Source of the DNA: an uncultured Verrucomicrobiae bacterium
GTDB taxonomy: Bacteria > Verrucomicrobiota > Verrucomicrobiia > Chthoniobacterales > Chthoniobacteraceae
Length of the DNA stretch: 64,000 nt
Assembly: GCA_963836755.1 (NCBI GenBank)
Contig: CAWIKF010000002.1
Location: 2,112,001-2,176,000 of the forward strand
Reading direction: 5' to 3'
Shown here: piece by piece, positions 60,774-64,000 of the stretch
Position numbering within the stretch: position 1 is the stretch's first letter
Layout of the letters: each line of letters begins with the position of its first letter
Notes under the pieces: generated by a model
What the model was told of the DNA's origin: nothing
The model's database searches: none
Seen by the model: the letters and a program-made list of their open reading frames with translations, nothing else
Program-made: the position numbers and the translations under genes

Positions 60774-63125
60774 ATGAAAAAGCTGCTCGCCGTTCTCCTC
60801 TCGCTGCTCCTCGGCGCGCAATTTGCCCGTGCGCAGCTGGCGAGTTTCGGCGACGTGCCGATCGAGATCAATGCCAATACCACGCAATTCGTCGGCGGCA
60901 TCGCGATCGCCCAAGGCCATGTGATCATCCAATACGGCTCGATCACGATTTACTGCGACTACGGGCAATACAATCCGGATACGCACGACGTGCTGGTGCG
61001 TGGCAATGTCCGGATTTATCGCAACCCGGAAGCAAGCGGAAACATCGGTGCGGATAAAACTAAAAAAACTTCTTCCAACTCCCTTGCCACCTCGGGCGGC
61101 GGACAGCTCTTCATTGGTGAGCGCGCGGTTTATAACCTCGAAACGAAGCAACTGCGCGGAGCCGATTTTCGCGGCGACTCCTACCCGTTCCGCTTTGCGG
61201 CCGACACCTTGAGCTCCACCGGCCCGAACGCTTTCACGGCAAAGGATGCGATCTTTACCACGAGTGATTCGTCGCAGCCAGACTATTACATCAAGGCGAA
61301 GTCGGTTCGCATTTATCCAAAGAACCGCATCATTTTTACGGGCGCGACCTTGTATGTCGGCAAGACTCCGGTCTTCTGGTTTCCATACCTCTTTCAATCC
61401 CTCGAGCATGATACGAGCTTTTCGCTGACGCCCGGCTATCTAAGCCAATGGGGCGCGTTTCTTCTTGGCCAGTATTCCTTCCCGATCGCGCAAGATTGGG
61501 AAGGCAAAATCCGACTCGATCTACGCTCCACACGTGGCGTCGCAGTTGGATTTGAGTCTCGCTATAAGATAGGTGGGGAGCAGCGTAACTGGGGCCGATT
61601 CCGCAGCTACTACGCGCAGGATGCCGCTCCTTACACCAATCACACCGCACTGGGTCGCGAAGACGTCAATCATGAACGTTACCGCGTGAGCTTGCAGCAG
61701 AAGCTCTACATCACCGACGACGTTTACGCGAACGTCAACATCAACAAGCTGAGCGACGCATTTATCCTCCAGGACTTTTTGCGCAATGAGTTCCGGCTCG
61801 ATCCGCAGCCCGACAATGTCATCTCCTTGACGAAGTGGGATAACGACTACACCGCAACTTTGATCGGCCGCAAACAGCTCAACAACTTTTTTGACGCAAC
61901 GGAGCGGCTTCCAGAATTCGCGCTCGATATCAAGCGGCAGGCGCTCTTTGACTCGCCCATTTTCTACCAAGGCGAAAGTGGCATCGCCAATCTGCGCCGC
62001 AACTTTTCAAAGTTCTCCGGCGAACCCGATTATCGCACTGTGCGGCTGGATACGTTTCACGAAATTCTCTACCCGACCGTGCTCGGCGGATGGCTGTCTT
62101 TCATTCCTCGCATCGGCATTCGCGGCACCTATTACACGGAGACGGGACATCTCGAAAACGAAGTGGTGGAAACGACTGTCGAGACGATTCTTCCAAACTC
62201 CGAACAGCGGAAAATCAAAGGCGCGGATACTGAAAATCAGTTGCACCGAAGCGGCTCCGCATTTCGCGGAATCATTGAAGGCGGCTTTGAAAGCTCCTTC
62301 AAATTTTCACGCGAGTGGAACGACTTGCAATCGCGCACGTGGGGACTCGATGGCTTGCGCCACATCGTGAAGCCTTACATGGATGTTTCGCTGCTCAAGA
62401 CAAGCTTGCGGCCCGACAATATTTTGCAGTTCGATCGCTTTCAGCACTCGACGCAGTTGCCAGTTTTTGACTTTCCGCAGTTCACAGCCGTGGACGCCAT
62501 TGATAACTGGGCGATCGTCCGGCTGGGCGTGCACAACAACTTCCAAACGAGGCGCGACAACAACACCTACAACTGGTTCACCATTGATAGCTTCGTCGAT
62601 GTCAACGTCGTGCGCCCGAACTTCCCCGACTCCGGCCTCCGTGAAGGAACTATTTCAAACCTTTACAATAACTTTCACTGGGCGCCGCTGCCTTGGGTAA
62701 ATCTCCAGATCGACTCGCAAGTGCCCACGCATCCGAAAGGTTTTACCGAAGTAAATTCGACGCTGAGTTTTCTCGTGAACTCAAACTTGCGGCTCGACGT
62801 CGGGCATCGCTACATCAACAATAACCCTTTCTTCGACAATAGCAGCCTGATCAGCTTGGGCGGCTACTATCGCATCAATGACAACTGGGGCCTGAGCATC
62901 CGCGAGCGCTATGAGGCGTCCGATCACACGCTCGAATCGCAGACCTATGAAGTCAGCCGCGATCTTAGCAGTTGGGTCGCAGGGCTCGGACTCGTCGTCG
63001 AGAACAATGGCACCAACCTAAACTTTGGCGTCATTCTTACCTTTACCTTGAAAGATTTGCCTTCCATTACTGCTCCGGTCAACTTTGATCCCGAAGGTCT
63101 GATAGGGTCGACCATCAGCAGATAA
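60774..63125 (+). CDS. lptD: LPS-assembly protein LptD
   Basis: Signal peptide, OstA-like N-domain (IEINA..A.GHV.I.Y), P.FWFPY, ERLPE and a long beta-barrel. Confidence 0.82.
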   Translation: MKKLLAVLLSLLLGAQFARAQLASFGDVPIEINANTTQFVGGIAIAQGHVIIQYGSITIYCDYGQYNPDTHDVLVRGNVRIYRNPEASGNIGADKTKKTSSNSLATSGGGQLFIGERAVYNLETKQLRGADFRGDSYPFRFAADTLSSTGPNAFTAKDAIFTTSDSSQPDYYIKAKSVRIYPKNRIIFTGATLYVGKTPVFWFPYLFQSLEHDTSFSLTPGYLSQWGAFLLGQYSFPIAQDWEGKIRLDLRSTRGVAVGFESRYKIGGEQRNWGRFRSYYAQDAAPYTNHTALGREDVNHERYRVSLQQKLYITDDVYANVNINKLSDAFILQDFLRNEFRLDPQPDNVISLTKWDNDYTATLIGRKQLNNFFDATERLPEFALDIKRQALFDSPIFYQGESGIANLRRNFSKFSGEPDYRTVRLDTFHEILYPTVLGGWLSFIPRIGIRGTYYTETGHLENEVVETTVETILPNSEQRKIKGADTENQLHRSGSAFRGIIEGGFESSFKFSREWNDLQSRTWGLDGLRHIVKPYMDVSLLKTSLRPDNILQFDRFQHSTQLPVFDFPQFTAVDAIDNWAIVRLGVHNNFQTRRDNNTYNWFTIDSFVDVNVVRPNFPDSGLREGTISNLYNNFHWAPLPWVNLQIDSQVPTHPKGFTEVNSTLSFLVNSNLRLDVGHRYINNNPFFDNSSLISLGGYYRINDNWGLSIRERYEASDHTLESQTYEVSRDLSSWVAGLGLVVENNGTNLNFGVILTFTLKDLPSITAPVNFDPEGLIGSTISR

Positions 63126-63140
63126 CCTTTCTTAAAAATT

Positions 63141-64000
63141 ATGAACCTATGCATCATTGGCTCTGGATATGTCGGGCTCGTCAGCGGCGCTTGCTTCGCC
63201 GAGGTCGGGCATAACGTCATCTGCGTCGACAACGACCAGCGAAAAGTGGACGCTTTGCAGGCTGGTCGCATTCCTATTTATGAGCCAGGGCTCGAGGACC
63301 TCGTTCACCGCAACGTCGCTGCGAATCGCTTGCACTTCACCCGCAGCACCGAAGAAGGCGTCGATAAATCCGACGTCATCTTTATCGCCGTGCCGACTCC
63401 GCCACAGCCAGACGGCAGCGTTGATTTGAGTTACATCGAAAAGGTCGCGCGTGAGATCGCCGACGTGCTGAAGGGCTACCGCGTCATCGTGGATAAGAGC
63501 ACGGTGCCGGTGAAAACAGGCCAAAAGGTTGCGGAAACCATCAAGCGCTACAACAAGGCAGGCGCGGAATTCGACGTGGTGAGCAATCCGGAGTTCCTGC
63601 GCGAAGGTTGCGCGGTCGCCGACCTGATGGCGCCGGATCGGATCGTGATCGGCGGCAACAATGACCGCGCACTGGCGCTGATGAAAAAGGTTTACGAGCC
63701 ATTCAATGCGCCGATTTTGGTTACGGACATCAACAGCGCAGAGCTGATCAAGCACGCCGCAAACTCGTTCCTCGCGCTGAAGATTTCCTACATCAACGCG
63801 GTCTCCGCCATTTGCGAAGCCAGTGGCGCTGATGTGGAAAAAGTAGCGGATGGCATTGGGATGGATCGCCGGATCGGCCGCAACTTTTTGAATGCCGGAC
63901 TTGGTTACGGCGGCTCCTGTTTTCCAAAAGACATCGCAGCCTTTATTGCTATCAGCGAGGATCTTGGCGTTCCTTTTACGCTTTTAAAGGAAGTCCAAAG
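63141..64000 (+). CDS. ugd: UDP-glucose/GDP-mannose 6-dehydrogenase (runs off the window)
   Basis: Not in the ORF track. Manual translation gives MNLCIIGSGYVGLV, IAVPTP, KSTVPV, SNPEFLREG and GYGGSCFPKD. Confidence 0.93.
   Translation, partial: MNLCIIGSGYVGLVSGACFAEVGHNVICVDNDQRKVDALQAGRIPIYEPGLEDLVHRNVAANRLHFTRSTEEGVDKSDVIFIAVPTPPQPDGSVDLSYIEKVAREIADVLKGYRVIVDKSTVPVKTGQKVAETIKRYNKAGAEFDVVSNPEFLREGCAVADLMAPDRIVIGGNNDRALALMKKVYEPFNAPILVTDINSAELIKHAANSFLALKISYINAVSAICEASGADVEKVADGIGMDRRIGRNFLNAGLGYGGSCFPKDIAAFIAISEDLGVPFTLLKEVQ

Overview
High-GC bacterial chromosomal segment. Gene content points to Verrucomicrobiota, probably Chthoniobacterales-like (inference from a prepilin/H-X9-DG protein, a DUF5069-like protein and the outer-membrane barrel style). 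About 60 CDSs. Housekeeping genes: clpB (partial), nadD-rsfS, mqnC, aroB, thiC behind a TPP riboswitch, guaB, exbBD, a pilB/gspE ATPase, prs-rplY-pth-rpsF-ssb, dnaE, rpsT, lptD and ugd (partial). A SAM-I riboswitch precedes a thrC-like gene, a ubiquitin-like sulfur carrier and a nearby yitJ-type gene. An accessory stretch (~17.6-35 kb) begins right after thiC. It carries a 938-aa restriction-endonuclease-STAND-NTPase-wHTH protein (candidate single-gene anti-phage system), a HEAT-repeat methyltransferase, an attC-like hairpin followed by a SIR2-like remnant, a beta-propeller/MoaD pair and several unexplained repeats. Two non-coding periodic arrays stand out: a 41-nt-period array closed by a 33-bp inverted repeat (~10.05-10.34 kb) and a 21-nt-period array (~33.15-33.38 kb). 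thiC and an alcohol dehydrogenase are frameshifted, possibly through sequencing error. No rRNA, tRNA, CRISPR array, integrase or transposase was recognised. All product calls come from motif recognition by eye, not from database searches.
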